From contig JBJBCN010000003.1 in assembly GCA_047285805.1 (NCBI GenBank), positions 352,001-416,000 of the forward strand: a stretch of DNA of 64,000 nt. Direction: 5' to 3'. The DNA comes from Synechococcus sp. Lineage in GTDB: Bacteria > Cyanobacteriota > Cyanobacteriia > PCC-6307 > Cyanobiaceae. Positions 1 through 10,339 of this stretch are shown here, one piece after another. The translations under genes were made by a program, and so were the position numbers. How positions within the stretch are numbered: the first letter of the stretch is position 1; each line of letters starts with the position of its first letter. The notes beneath the pieces are model-generated. The model was given only the letters and a program-made list of their open reading frames with translations. It ran no database searches and had not been told where the DNA came from.

Positions 1-1
1 T

Positions 2-1297
2 CTCATTGGCTGCTTAGTTGGGTCAACCCTAGTATTTTCTTACTTAATAGTAGATGCGCGGGAATCTTCATTTGGGCTTAAGGCTTTAATATTATTAAGC
101 TGGTTTATATGTCTTTGGCTATGCCGAGAATATTTAAGTCATAGCTTTTCAATGTTTCCAACACTTGTTTTATCCTTAATCTGCGGGTTGGTCTCCGTGA
201 AGGCCAGTTGGTTCGACAAGCTGAGTACACCAGATGCAGCAGCAAGCGTAAGAATTAAGGAGCAAAGCAAGGTTGCAAGCCTTGGCATGTTACTAGGTCT
301 GTCATTATGGTTTAGAACCAGCAATATTATCCTGGGCCTTCCAATAGTAGTAAGCCTGCTTTTTTGCCCCCGCGACTCTAATTCAGAGGCGCTGGAAAGA
401 GAGCGATGCACAATTATGGGGCGATTAAAGAATTTCTGGCATGAAAGAAGACTTTTACTCCGAAGACTCTTGCCTGTAGCTAGTGGCTTCATCATAGGCT
501 TAATGCCGTTGCTGACCACTAATTTTATAATCAGCGGGAATATCTTATTCTCTAATTACCCTTCCTACGATAGGACAGCCGCTAACTCTATATGGTCTAT
601 TTACGGCAATCTTGAGACATTATTTCTGCGGAGTGGGCCTGATTCGCTGCTTCTTGTACTTGCAATTGTTGTGCTTGCAATATGTGAGATGCGCAGCAGC
701 TCAATAGGGTTTAGGTATGCATCTGACTACTGGAAGCTGGCCATTATTATTCTTATCTGTAGCGCACTCTTGATTTCACTGAAAACTGTAATTGCGTCTT
801 ATTATGTGTCCTCTGTCGCTTTTTTCTACCTAGCACATAGTCTCACTTGGCTCATTGATTCACTCGTTTGCAAGAAGAAAAGGGGGCCTGCTGCAAATAT
901 CATTTGCGGACTTGTATTTGCAGTAAGCATCATCACCATCGGTCCATATATTACCTCTATATCGCGTGCTATAGATAATCAAGTTACTCGAGAGGAAAGA
1001 CCTTTACTGGAAAGCCTGAGATCCGATGATATCGTAGTATGGTCAGATGAAGAGTCTGGTTACCTGTATTATAGATTCGGGATCCTGGGCTTAAGACATA
1101 CTCGAATGAGTAGTGCGTTGTCACAATCTATTATGTGTAGTCTGAATCGCAATGGATACAAGCAATACCTTGAGGGCTCAATTGGTCAAAGAAAACTTCC
1201 AGGCGATCACAATCTATATGATTTAGGCAAGCCAATTAGTAAAGGGGCGACAGAAGTGCGTGAAATCATTCCGAAGGTTGACCTTTGCCCGGGATAA
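2..1297 (+). CDS. Polytopic membrane protein, probable GT-C fold glycosyltransferase (5' end outside the window)
   Basis: The frame of track ORF 152..1297 is open back to position 2 (LIGCLVGSTLVFSYL...). Many hydrophobic segments followed by a soluble C-terminal domain. AT-rich (20/60 GC in line 61-120). Adjacent to GT genes. Confidence 0.55.
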   Translation, partial: LIGCLVGSTLVFSYLIVDARESSFGLKALILLSWFICLWLCREYLSHSFSMFPTLVLSLICGLVSVKASWFDKLSTPDAAASVRIKEQSKVASLGMLLGLSLWFRTSNIILGLPIVVSLLFCPRDSNSEALERERCTIMGRLKNFWHERRLLLRRLLPVASGFIIGLMPLLTTNFIISGNILFSNYPSYDRTAANSIWSIYGNLETLFLRSGPDSLLLVLAIVVLAICEMRSSSIGFRYASDYWKLAIIILICSALLISLKTVIASYYVSSVAFFYLAHSLTWLIDSLVCKKKRGPAANIICGLVFAVSIITIGPYITSISRAIDNQVTREERPLLESLRSDDIVVWSDEESGYLYYRFGILGLRHTRMSSALSQSIMCSLNRNGYKQYLEGSIGQRKLPGDHNLYDLGKPISKGATEVREIIPKVDLCPG

Positions 1298-2330
1298 GAG
1301 CCTTCTCCGCAATGACTTCAGATAATTTCTTTGAGGTATTGGTCCAACTGAAGCGACGTGCATGTTCAGTACCTCTAAGGTGCAGATTAAATTGCTCATA
1401 TTCTGACGATAAGATTTTAGTTATTGAGTCGACGAGGTCAGATACTGAATACGGATCAATTAATATTGCAGCCTTGCTAGCTACTTCTTGAGTGCCTGAT
1501 CCATAGCTCGTTATTACAGGACAACCACAAGCCATTGCTTCAAGGATCGGGAGGCCAAAACCCTCCCAAAGGCTCGGATAAACAAAAGCACAAGCTCCTC
1601 TGTACCAGTTGGGAAGGTCTGCATAGGGTACGTAGCTCTTGAAAATTACCCTGTCCAACAGATTTAATTCGGCAACCAACTCTTGGAGTCGGATGGTCTC
1701 TGAGTGATGAGGCTTACCCAACAAAAGCAAGTCGACATATGGGAATCTGTGCGCAATTGAATTAAAAGCCTGTATTAAGCGCTTTAGATTTTTATGAGGA
1801 TAGGCCTGCCCAACATGCAGTAGATAGGGACGGTGGTGAAGACGCTGAAAGGACTCTGTAAAATAAAAATGCTCAGAATCGTAACCAAGGGGTGTAACGC
1901 TAATCTTATCTTCTGATACACCTATGCACCGGTTTATTTCAGCTGCAGTAAAATAAGAATTGGTGAGTATGTGGGTACACTGTCTTAGGAGTGGTGGAAC
2001 CCAGCTTTTGAAATAAAGCGTTTGCATTGAGCACTCCGGGTGAATTAAAGGTCTTAAGTCATGGACCATTAGGATCTGAGGAATAGCCTGATCGCCAAGA
2101 TAGCCCTCAGGAGCAGGGGTGAATATAAGATCGGCCTTATATTTCCTGGCCAGCATTGGTAGCTGCATTTGAGTCCAGGCCAAGCGCATCAAACGCTGTT
2201 TACTGGCTCCACAGCCGCCACCAGGAACAAGAATATGCTCGAACTTCTGAAGCGTCGGCAAGACAGCATTGGCGTAAACACCAATTCCTGTAGGCTGATG
2301 CAAGACGGGCTTGTAATTCAGAAGAAGCAT
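1266..2330 (-). CDS. GT4 (GT-B) glycosyltransferase, mannosyltransferase-like
   Basis: TGIGVY N-terminus, HDL motif, PHKNL, YPSLWEGFGLPILEAMACGCPV signature. Confidence 0.9.
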   Translation of the reverse strand: MLLLNYKPVLHQPTGIGVYANAVLPTLQKFEHILVPGGGCGASKQRLMRLAWTQMQLPMLARKYKADLIFTPAPEGYLGDQAIPQILMVHDLRPLIHPECSMQTLYFKSWVPPLLRQCTHILTNSYFTAAEINRCIGVSEDKISVTPLGYDSEHFYFTESFQRLHHRPYLLHVGQAYPHKNLKRLIQAFNSIAHRFPYVDLLLLGKPHHSETIRLQELVAELNLLDRVIFKSYVPYADLPNWYRGACAFVYPSLWEGFGLPILEAMACGCPVITSYGSGTQEVASKAAILIDPYSVSDLVDSITKILSSEYEQFNLHLRGTEHARRFSWTNTSKKLSEVIAEKALIPGKGQPSE

Positions 2331-2334
2331 GATT

Positions 2335-3108
2335 TCAAGTTAGGCCAATCAGGCGACGGCGACTATATTTCAACCAATTGAGAAGCCAACATGCAGCACT
2401 CCAAAAAAAGTTGAGATGGAGAGTCTGCGCACGAAACGTTTCCGCGTACACAGCACCAATCTTGGTGTGACTAACTCCCGCCTGCACGATGTTCAAGACT
2501 GAATTCGGGATATGAATTGCACGCACTGCAGGCGAGAGACGTAAAAACCATTCATAGTCGCCACATATTTTGAAACTGGGATCAAACAACCCAAATCGGT
2601 CAAACAAGTCGCGCCGCACAAGCATCCCTGGATGCGCGACATTCATCGACTCTCGCATGCGTCTCCAACGCCAGGAAGAGCCCCAGTCTCTCAAAAAACG
2701 ACCATCTGAAGAGTAATAGGAGTTTCGACATGTAATTAACTCTGCTGACGAGCTAGTCAGACCAAGCAAGTGCTGCAAAATCTCGGAGCTCACAAAGGTG
2801 TCATCAGCACCGATGAAACACAAATAAGTTCCTCGCGCCAACTTGACCCCTCGATTCCACGCGTCATAGATCCCAACATCAGGCTGAGAACTGCAGCGAA
2901 TCAGGTGATGAGGATGTGCTTCTTGATAATCCCGCACCAGTTGAAATAGACCATCAGAAGAACAATTGTCGAGAATCAACAACTCCCAATCACCTGACCC
3001 TTGCTTCTCGAGACTCCTGAAAAAATTGGCTAATAAGGGAGCACAATTCCAGGTTGCCATCAAGATTGAAATCTTGGGTGCGGCAACAAGCTCCTGGATC
3101 CCCGACAT
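2335..3108 (-). CDS. GT2 glycosyltransferase
   Basis: ISILMATWN, DNCSSDG, GIYDAWNRG, FIGADD, CGDYEW motifs; ATG at 3108 just after the hisS stop (alternative TTG at 3114). Confidence 0.88.
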   Translation of the reverse strand: MSGIQELVAAPKISILMATWNCAPLLANFFRSLEKQGSGDWELLILDNCSSDGLFQLVRDYQEAHPHHLIRCSSQPDVGIYDAWNRGVKLARGTYLCFIGADDTFVSSEILQHLLGLTSSSAELITCRNSYYSSDGRFLRDWGSSWRWRRMRESMNVAHPGMLVRRDLFDRFGLFDPSFKICGDYEWFLRLSPAVRAIHIPNSVLNIVQAGVSHTKIGAVYAETFRAQTLHLNFFWSAACWLLNWLKYSRRRLIGLT

Positions 3109-3110
3109 GT

Positions 3111-4379
3111 TCAAACGGAGAGGATGCTCACCAGCTGATCAATCTCAGTTAACTTAAGGGTCTGCTCCTTCTGCAGTTCCGTGTCCTGACGAAGAGCCTT
3201 CAAGGTCACGATTCCCTGCTCTACCTCGCCATCACCAAGCACACCAGCCCAAGCTGAACCGCTTCGATCAGCTCGCTTGAACTGCTTGCCAAAGGCTGAA
3301 CCCGACGAATCCAACTCCACCCTCAATCCGCGTTGCCTCAGCTTTCTCGCCAGAGCAAGCGCAGACCATTGCGCCTGTACACCCCGATTCACGAGATACA
3401 GATCGGGAGCTTCACTAGCCACTGGAGCTAACTGCGAAAGCAAAAGCACCAAACGCTCTAACCCAATAGCCCAGCCAATGGCGGGAGTCGATGCCCCACC
3501 GAGCTGCTCCACTAGACCGTCGTAGCGACCACCGCCACACACCGTGGCCTGAGCCCCGAGCTGATCACTGGTGATTTCAAAGGCAGTGTGGCTGTAGTAA
3601 TCCAAACCACGTACCAGCCGAGAATTCAAGGCAAAAGGAATTCCAAGAGCTCTCAAGCCAGAGCACACCTGAGCAAAGCGCTCCTGACTCTCTTGGGACA
3701 ATGCACCGGCAAGCATGGGGGCATCCGCCAATAAGGCTTGGGTGTCCTTGTTCTTGCTGTCGAGAATGCGCAGGGGATTGGTACTCAAGCGAGCCTGAGA
3801 ATCCTCATCCAATTGGGTCTCGCGAGCTGACAGCCAAGCCACGAGTTCATCGCGATAGCGAGCGCGATCTGACGCACTGCCGAGGGAATTGAGCTCCAGC
3901 ACCAAATCTTGGACACCCAAGTCCTGGAGCAGATCCCAAGCTGTCGCAATCGCCTCAACGTCCGAACGCGCCGAGTCAAAGCCAAGCATTTCAAGGCCAA
4001 TCTGGTGAAACTGGCGCTGCCGTCCAGCCTGGGGACGCTCATAGCGGAACATCGGACCGCCGTACCAGAGCCGTTGTGGGCCCTGGCTCAGCAATCCGTG
4101 CTGAATCGCTGCTCGGACCACGGAAGCGGTGCCCTCTGGCCTCAATGTGCAACTGCGATCCCCACGGTCGCTGAAGGTGTACATCTCCTTGCCGACCACG
4201 TCGGTGGCTTCACCGATGCCACGAGCAAATAACTCGGTGGTTTCCAGAACGGGCGTTCGAATCTCCGCGACACCCGCTCGAGCGAAGTGGTAACGGGCCG
4301 TGGCTTCCACCTGCTGCCAGAGGCCGATTTGCTCGGGCAACAGATCGACCATGCCCCGCAGACTCTGCAGCTTCGCCAC
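3111..4379 (-). CDS. hisS: Histidine--tRNA ligase
   Basis: [12 protein letters not shown] start, [37 protein letters not shown] motifs; start moved to GTG 4379. Confidence 0.97.
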   Translation of the reverse strand: MAKLQSLRGMVDLLPEQIGLWQQVEATARYHFARAGVAEIRTPVLETTELFARGIGEATDVVGKEMYTFSDRGDRSCTLRPEGTASVVRAAIQHGLLSQGPQRLWYGGPMFRYERPQAGRQRQFHQIGLEMLGFDSARSDVEAIATAWDLLQDLGVQDLVLELNSLGSASDRARYRDELVAWLSARETQLDEDSQARLSTNPLRILDSKNKDTQALLADAPMLAGALSQESQERFAQVCSGLRALGIPFALNSRLVRGLDYYSHTAFEITSDQLGAQATVCGGGRYDGLVEQLGGASTPAIGWAIGLERLVLLLSQLAPVASEAPDLYLVNRGVQAQWSALALARKLRQRGLRVELDSSGSAFGKQFKRADRSGSAWAGVLGDGEVEQGIVTLKALRQDTELQKEQTLKLTEIDQLVSILSV

Positions 4380-4437
4380 CACCACTCCTGAACTGAGGCC
4401 AGTTTGGAGGATCAACGGAAAAGACGACAATGCGGGA

Positions 4438-5655
4438 GTGACTGGACAAACCCACACCTCGCGGCGGCAAGCTGCAGCACTGCTACTGGGCTCAGTGGCC
4501 TTCTCAGTGGCGGCCTTGGAGTTGGGCTGTCGCCTCCTTGGCATAGAGGCCCCCAGGCTTTACCGAACTGATCCCGATCGCGGCTGGACCCTCAAAGCCA
4601 ACGTGCGCACCCACTGGAGTCAGGAGGGATCCGCTCCAGTGCGCACCAATTCCCAGGGCTATCGAGACAGGGAATGGGCATTGGTGAAGAAGCCGGGCGT
4701 TTTGCGCATTGCCGTCCTTGGCGATTCCTTCACCGAAGCCCTACAGGTGCCACTGGAGCAAACCTGGGTGAATCAACTGCCCGCGGCGATGACAGCGGTA
4801 CCGGAATGTCGCCTACTGAAAGGATTTCCTGAAGGCGCTGAAACCCTGAATTTCGGAGTCGGCGGTTACGGAACAGGGCAGAGCTGGCTGACCTGGGAAA
4901 AGGACGCTCAGCGGTTTCAACCGCAAGTGATCCTTCACGCCGTCTACTTCGAAAATGATCTCAGGGACAACATTCAGAGTGAACGGGGGAGTGGCTCCGG
5001 ACCAACGTTTTCACTCAATCAAGGCACCCTGAGTCGCAGCGACGCCTTCCGCAGCAGCCCGGAATATCGCTTCAGACAGTCCTTAGCCGGACAACTCAGT
5101 GACTGGGTCCTGAGCTGGAGCCGTCTCGCCCAATTGATCAACCAACTCAAAAATCTGCGTAACTCCCGGGCTGGAGAAGAGTGCGCTGCAGCTGGCTGCA
5201 CTTTTTTCCCACTGGGTCCGGATGGCACGAAACTCTATGGTCCGGATCCGGAAGATCTCCCAAGGAACTGGGAGATCTTCCGGAGCATCCTTCGTCAATG
5301 GAATCAAGAATCAGAGAACAGGGGAAGTCGACTGGTTGTCACGAGCGTGACCACGCCTCCGCAACTGTGGCCGAATCGCCGAGAACGTGACCAAAAAGTC
5401 AAAGACCAGCACCTGGACTGGTTCAAACCCGAAACGCAGCTCGCTGCACTCCTCAAACAGGATGGAATTCCCTACCTGCCTCTTGCCCCAGAGCTGCAGC
5501 GACAGGCGGATGAACAAGGCTTAATTGCCCACGGTTTCGTCGGGCAAAAACCCGGACCTGGCTACGGCCATTGGAACCGAGAGGGGCACAAAGCAGCCGC
5601 AACCGCTCTTGCTCAAAAGCTCTGCTCCCTGGACCCACCCCGGATCAGTGGTTGA
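4438..5655 (+). CDS. Membrane-anchored SGNH/GDSL-family protein (SxtL/AlgJ-like)
   Basis: N-terminal hydrophobic anchor ([18 protein letters not shown]), GDSF nucleophile motif, [20 protein letters not shown]; start moved to GTG 4438 to avoid overlap with hisS. Confidence 0.8.
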   Translation: MTGQTHTSRRQAAALLLGSVAFSVAALELGCRLLGIEAPRLYRTDPDRGWTLKANVRTHWSQEGSAPVRTNSQGYRDREWALVKKPGVLRIAVLGDSFTEALQVPLEQTWVNQLPAAMTAVPECRLLKGFPEGAETLNFGVGGYGTGQSWLTWEKDAQRFQPQVILHAVYFENDLRDNIQSERGSGSGPTFSLNQGTLSRSDAFRSSPEYRFRQSLAGQLSDWVLSWSRLAQLINQLKNLRNSRAGEECAAAGCTFFPLGPDGTKLYGPDPEDLPRNWEIFRSILRQWNQESENRGSRLVVTSVTTPPQLWPNRRERDQKVKDQHLDWFKPETQLAALLKQDGIPYLPLAPELQRQADEQGLIAHGFVGQKPGPGYGHWNREGHKAAATALAQKLCSLDPPRISG

Positions 5656-5685
5656 ATCCAACACAACGCGGAGCACCAGAGCCCC

Positions 5686-6726
5686 TTGGCACAACTGCTG
5701 ATCACTGGCGGAGCAGGCTTTATTGGCAGCCACACCTGCCTGGTGTTGCTGGAGGCTGGTCACGATCTCGTGGTGCTGGATGACTTCAGCAACAGCTCAC
5801 CCGAATCGCTCAGGCGCGTCCGCCAACTCGCAAATCTGGGGAGCAGCTCCGCGCGACTCCAGGTTGTGGAAGGAGACATCAGAAGCAAGAGCGACCTTCG
5901 AAAAGCCTTCCAGACAGGGACATGCATCGACGCAGTCATCCACTTCGCCGGCCTCAAGGCTGTGGGCGAGTCCGTGCGTGAGCCCCTGCGCTACTGGGAT
6001 GTGAATGTCGCCGGCAGTCAATCCCTGCTCTCTGTCATGCCGGAGGAGAACTGCCGCACTCTCGCCTTCAGCAGCAGCGCCACCCTCTACGGCTTGCCCG
6101 AGCGTATCCCCGTTACTGAAGACGATCCGGTCCAGCCCATCAACCCATACGGCTTCACCAAGGCGGCTGTGGAGCAAATGCTGAAGGACCTCAGCAGCAG
6201 CGAACCGGGTTGGCGCATCGCACGTTTGCGCTACTTCAACCCCGTCGGCGCCCACCCCAGCGGCCAGATCGGAGAAGACCCCAACGGCATTCCCAACAAC
6301 CTCTTCCCCTTCGTCTCTCAAGTGGCGGTTGGACGGCGCCAAGAGCTCCAAATCTTTGGGAGCGACTGGCCAACCCCCGATGGCACAGGCGTCCGGGACT
6401 ACATCCACGTCATGGACCTGGCCGAGGGGCACCTCGCCGCCATTCAGCACCTCATGGAGCAAGGACCCCAGTTGCTCACCGTGAACCTGGGCAGCGGACA
6501 AGGGCATTCCGTCTTGGAGGTGGTCCAAGCCTTTGAGCAAGCCTCGGACAGACCCGTGGCTTACCGACTCGTGGAGCGCCGCCCTGGAGACGCGGCAACC
6601 ACTGTGGCGGATCCGTCCTTGGCGAATCGCGTGCTGGGGTGGCGTACGAAGCGGTCGCTGGAAGAGATCTGCCGCGATGGCTGGTCCTGGCAGTCCCAAA
6701 ACCCAGAGGGTTACAGCGACAGCTGA
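5686..6726 (+). CDS. galE: UDP-glucose 4-epimerase
   Basis: TGGAGFIGSH, HFAGLKAVGES, YGFTK, LRYFNPVGAH, DGTGVRDYIHV. Confidence 0.96.
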   Translation: MAQLLITGGAGFIGSHTCLVLLEAGHDLVVLDDFSNSSPESLRRVRQLANLGSSSARLQVVEGDIRSKSDLRKAFQTGTCIDAVIHFAGLKAVGESVREPLRYWDVNVAGSQSLLSVMPEENCRTLAFSSSATLYGLPERIPVTEDDPVQPINPYGFTKAAVEQMLKDLSSSEPGWRIARLRYFNPVGAHPSGQIGEDPNGIPNNLFPFVSQVAVGRRQELQIFGSDWPTPDGTGVRDYIHVMDLAEGHLAAIQHLMEQGPQLLTVNLGSGQGHSVLEVVQAFEQASDRPVAYRLVERRPGDAATTVADPSLANRVLGWRTKRSLEEICRDGWSWQSQNPEGYSDS

Positions 6727-7949
6727 TCCAGCGCTGCAAGACGCAAAGCCTTAAGCCGAGCACCGAGTTTCGGACCAGGTCTTAACCCCTCCTCCTGCAT
6801 CAAGGCCTGCGCAGAAATCGGTGAACGCACATGCCGCCATCGGCCCCACCAACGCAGCATTGAATGCCAATGGAGACCACCCAACGTGATAGCCAAAGCC
6901 ACTGCCTCAGGACCGAGCCCAGGCGCTTCCAAAAACTGAGCCCACCACGAGGGCAGCAGTGCATCGGTCGGGACTGAGTTGAGTCGGTTCTTCAATTCCT
7001 GGAGTTGCACCAAGAGCTTGTGCTGACGGTGCGGCAACTGAAGCCGTTCCGCTAAACCCAAAGGATCAGTAGCCCCTGCCACCAGCGCCGGCAACAAAGG
7101 CACTGCCAAGCGCTGAGCCCAGTGGAGACGACGGGCCCATGAAGTGTCCTGCTGCAACTGGGTATCGAGCAGAGCCAATCCGCCTGTCTGCTGAAGCACC
7201 TGGACTGCCTCCGGCCAAGGCTCCCGCTCAAACAGCAGTTCCAGCTCCATACGCAGACGCGTCCCCAAAGCCGGCGGGGCTTGGCCTGGATCATCACCAG
7301 GGCGCCAACGCCAGGGCCACTGACCCAGGGTGCTCAGGGCTTGTTGCTGAGCAGCTGTCGAAAACTGAAAGCCCAGCCGCGCCGCGTAGCGAGCCCCGCG
7401 GACCCAGCGCGTGGGGTCATCCCTGAGGCTGCTGGGGTGCAACAAGTTCAGCTGACGTGCTGACATGTCGGCTTGGCCGTAGTGCACATCAAGCAGCTCC
7501 CCACTGGCGAGATCCAAGGCCATGGCATTCACAGTGAAGTCACGGCGAGCCAAGTCATCCCGCAGGCTTCCAAGACGAACTGTGGGGTTCTCTCCTGGTT
7601 GGGGATACGTCTCCTGGCGGGCAGAGGCCACATCCAAGAGCCAGGTGCCACCGAATGCAGCGGGAAGCTCCAGCTCCAACTCGAAGGTGCCAAACGCTCC
7701 GTGCTCTTGAAGGCTGAGGGGGATAGAGAAGCCGAACTGGCACTCCAGCGCATGGGGGAGACGCTGCACCAGATAAGCCGCGCGCCCCTCAACGACGACG
7801 TCCAAATCGGGCAGGCCGCGCCAGGGATCTTCGTGATGGCGGTGCAACAGGAGATCACGAACCACACCTCCGACAAGGGCGCAGCGCTCGCCTGCGGCCG
7901 CCTGAGTCAACGCCTCCAGTAGGGGCTTGGGGACATCAGGAATCTCCAT
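6711..7949 (-). CDS. cca: tRNA nucleotidyltransferase (CCA/polyA-polymerase family)
   Basis: VGGVVRDLLL...DLDVVV, RRDFTVNAMA, DDPTR motifs. Confidence 0.88.
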   Translation of the reverse strand: MEIPDVPKPLLEALTQAAAGERCALVGGVVRDLLLHRHHEDPWRGLPDLDVVVEGRAAYLVQRLPHALECQFGFSIPLSLQEHGAFGTFELELELPAAFGGTWLLDVASARQETYPQPGENPTVRLGSLRDDLARRDFTVNAMALDLASGELLDVHYGQADMSARQLNLLHPSSLRDDPTRWVRGARYAARLGFQFSTAAQQQALSTLGQWPWRWRPGDDPGQAPPALGTRLRMELELLFEREPWPEAVQVLQQTGGLALLDTQLQQDTSWARRLHWAQRLAVPLLPALVAGATDPLGLAERLQLPHRQHKLLVQLQELKNRLNSVPTDALLPSWWAQFLEAPGLGPEAVALAITLGGLHWHSMLRWWGRWRHVRSPISAQALMQEEGLRPGPKLGARLKALRLAALDQLSL

Positions 7950-7960
7950 CGCCGGCCTAC

Positions 7961-10339
7961 CTACAAGGGCTCGATCGGAGCGAGGCGCGGATCAAGGATC
8001 TTCGGCCCCATGCCCTCGAACTTGACCGCCAACGAGATCTTTTCGCCGCTACCAAACAAGTGCGTGACCTGACCTTCCCCAAAGGAGCTGTGCCGCACAC
8101 GGTCGCCGACGGACCAGGTCCGGGCAGGAGCACGCCGACGGACGGCATTCGCAGGCTGTGATGAAGCAAAACCTGAACCCAGACGGTCGACGCGGGTGAG
8201 GCGATCCAGTCGCTGTTCCCTGCGGATAGCAGCACCACCGCTTCGGGGAATATCCCCTTGCACCAAGGCCTCCGGTAGCTCAGAGAGGAAGACGGACGGT
8301 ACAGCCGGTTCCCTCATGCCGCCCCAGAGACGTCGCTCGCTTGCATGGGATAAGAACAGCCGCTCTTTCGCACGCGTAATGCCGACATAGCAGAGGCGGC
8401 GCTCCTCCTCCATCGCCGCAGGATCTTCCAAGGAGCGGTAGCTGGGGAACAGGCCCTGCTCCATGCCGACCAAAAAGACCACGGGAAACTCCAGACCTTT
8501 GCTGGCGTGCAAGGTCATCAACGTGACCCTGTCCTGCTCGGTGTCCTTGCTGTCCGCGTCACTGGCCAGGGCGGCGGACGCCAGGAACTCCTCGAGGGAG
8601 CCCTCTTCGTTTTCCTCTTGGTACTGGAGTGCCGCGTTGACCAGTTCGTTCAGGTTGCGGCGCCGGTCTTCAGCCTCATCGGTCCCGGCAGCGATCAGCT
8701 CGGCGACATAACCGCTCTTCTCCATGGCGAGTTGAACCAGTTCCGAAGGAGCCGCATCTTCCGAGCGGTCTTTCAAGTGGTTGATCAACTCACAGAACTG
8801 CAACAGTCCCTTTGCGGAACGTCCACCCAGAGAACGAACCGCCTCGGGGTCACTGACCACATCCCAGAGCGGAATATCCAGTTGATTCGCGGCATCCGTC
8901 AGCCGTTCAATCGTGGTCTTACCAATCCCGCGCTTTGGTGTATTCAGGACCCGAAGCAAGCTCACCGTATCGGCAGGATTCACCAACAATTTGAGATACG
9001 CCAGCATGTCTTTGATTTCACGCCGGTCGTAAAAGCGAAGACCGCCCACCACCACATAAGGAATGCCCCAACGCACCAGGGATTCCTCCATCGCACGGGA
9101 CTGGGCATTGGTCCGGTACAACACCGCCATATCGCCCCAGCTCAAGTCGGGGTGTGCCGCATCAAGCATTCGCATGCGGTGAACCACCGCTTCTGCCTCG
9201 GCAATCTCGTCATCACAGCGGGTCAAGGTGAGCAGCTCTCCCTCACCTCGGGTGGGCCGCAAGACCTTGTCGATGCGCTCGCTGTTGTTGGCAATCAGAA
9301 CGTTTGCAGCCTCAAGAATGGTGGCCGTAGAGCGATAGTTTTCCTCCAACTTGACCATGGTCTGGGTGGCTTCATCGGGGGCACCGTCGCCAAAGTCATC
9401 CTGAAAACCCATCAGGATCGTGAAGTCAGCGGCCCGGAAGCTGTAGATGCTCTGATCGGCATCACCCACCACAAACACCGAGCGACCAGCCCAGTCTTCA
9501 AAGGCTTCAGGGTCCCGGCCATCGGTCACCAGAAGCTTGATCAGTTCATATTGTGTGCGGTTGGTGTCTTGGTACTCATCCACCAGCACATGTCGAAAAC
9601 GCCGGTGCCAATAGTTGCGAACCTGCTCGTTCTGGCGCAGCAATTGCACTGGAAGCAGAAGCAGATCGTCGAAATCCAACGCGTTGTTCGCGGCTAACGC
9701 ACGCCGATAACGCCGATAGGTTTCAGCCATCAACTTGCCGCGCTGCCCGCCCGTGTCAGCTTCAAGCTGCTCTGGCATCCAACCCTGGTTCTTGGCGTTA
9801 CTGATAGCCCAGCGCACCTTCTTGGGCTCAAAACGCTTGGGGTCCAGCCCCAGCTCCTGGGTGACAATCTCCTTAACCAGACTCTGGGTATCCCCCTCGT
9901 CGTAGATCGAGAACTGACGCGTCCAGGTCAGGCCCTCTGGATCGCGGAACTTGTCGATGTCAAACCGGAGCAACCGCGCGAAGAGAGCATGGAAAGTGCC
10001 AATCCAGAGGTCTTTGATGACCTCGCGGTAGATCCGCGAGCGCAACTGCCGCTGATCAACGGCGGCCAAGGTGCTCCAAGGCTGTCCGAACTGACTCTGC
10101 GCGAGCTTCTGAGCCAGAAGCAGCTCAAGCCGCTCCTTCATCTCGCGAGCCGCCTTATTCGTGAAGGTGACCGCCAGCAACTCCGCTGGATCAACGCCGT
10201 GCTGCCCAATCATGTGGGCGATGCGGTGGGTTAGAGCGCGGGTTTTACCGCTGCCCGCACCCGCCACCACCAGCAATGGACCCTCATGGTGGTCCACCGC
10301 CTTGCGCTGGGCGTCATTCAGACCAGCCAGAAAACTCAT
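7961..10339 (-). CDS. pcrA: ATP-dependent DNA helicase PcrA/UvrD
   Basis: AGAGSGKT, TFTNKAAREM, VDEYQDTN, GDADQSIYSFR, TLHASKGLEF, EEERRLCYVGITRA, C-terminal Tudor-like domain. Confidence 0.96.
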   Translation of the reverse strand: MSFLAGLNDAQRKAVDHHEGPLLVVAGAGSGKTRALTHRIAHMIGQHGVDPAELLAVTFTNKAAREMKERLELLLAQKLAQSQFGQPWSTLAAVDQRQLRSRIYREVIKDLWIGTFHALFARLLRFDIDKFRDPEGLTWTRQFSIYDEGDTQSLVKEIVTQELGLDPKRFEPKKVRWAISNAKNQGWMPEQLEADTGGQRGKLMAETYRRYRRALAANNALDFDDLLLLPVQLLRQNEQVRNYWHRRFRHVLVDEYQDTNRTQYELIKLLVTDGRDPEAFEDWAGRSVFVVGDADQSIYSFRAADFTILMGFQDDFGDGAPDEATQTMVKLEENYRSTATILEAANVLIANNSERIDKVLRPTRGEGELLTLTRCDDEIAEAEAVVHRMRMLDAAHPDLSWGDMAVLYRTNAQSRAMEESLVRWGIPYVVVGGLRFYDRREIKDMLAYLKLLVNPADTVSLLRVLNTPKRGIGKTTIERLTDAANQLDIPLWDVVSDPEAVRSLGGRSAKGLLQFCELINHLKDRSEDAAPSELVQLAMEKSGYVAELIAAGTDEAEDRRRNLNELVNAALQYQEENEEGSLEEFLASAALASDADSKDTEQDRVTLMTLHASKGLEFPVVFLVGMEQGLFPSYRSLEDPAAMEEERRLCYVGITRAKERLFLSHASERRLWGGMREPAVPSVFLSELPEALVQGDIPRSGGAAIRREQRLDRLTRVDRLGSGFASSQPANAVRRRAPARTWSVGDRVRHSSFGEGQVTHLFGSGEKISLAVKFEGMGPKILDPRLAPIEPL

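Noticed and set aside
5797..6699. 300-aa antisense ORF over galE
   Set aside because: Shadow frame of a GC-rich gene, no recognisable motifs
8507..9697. 396-aa antisense ORF over pcrA
   Set aside because: Codon-bias shadow ORF fully inside a conserved gene
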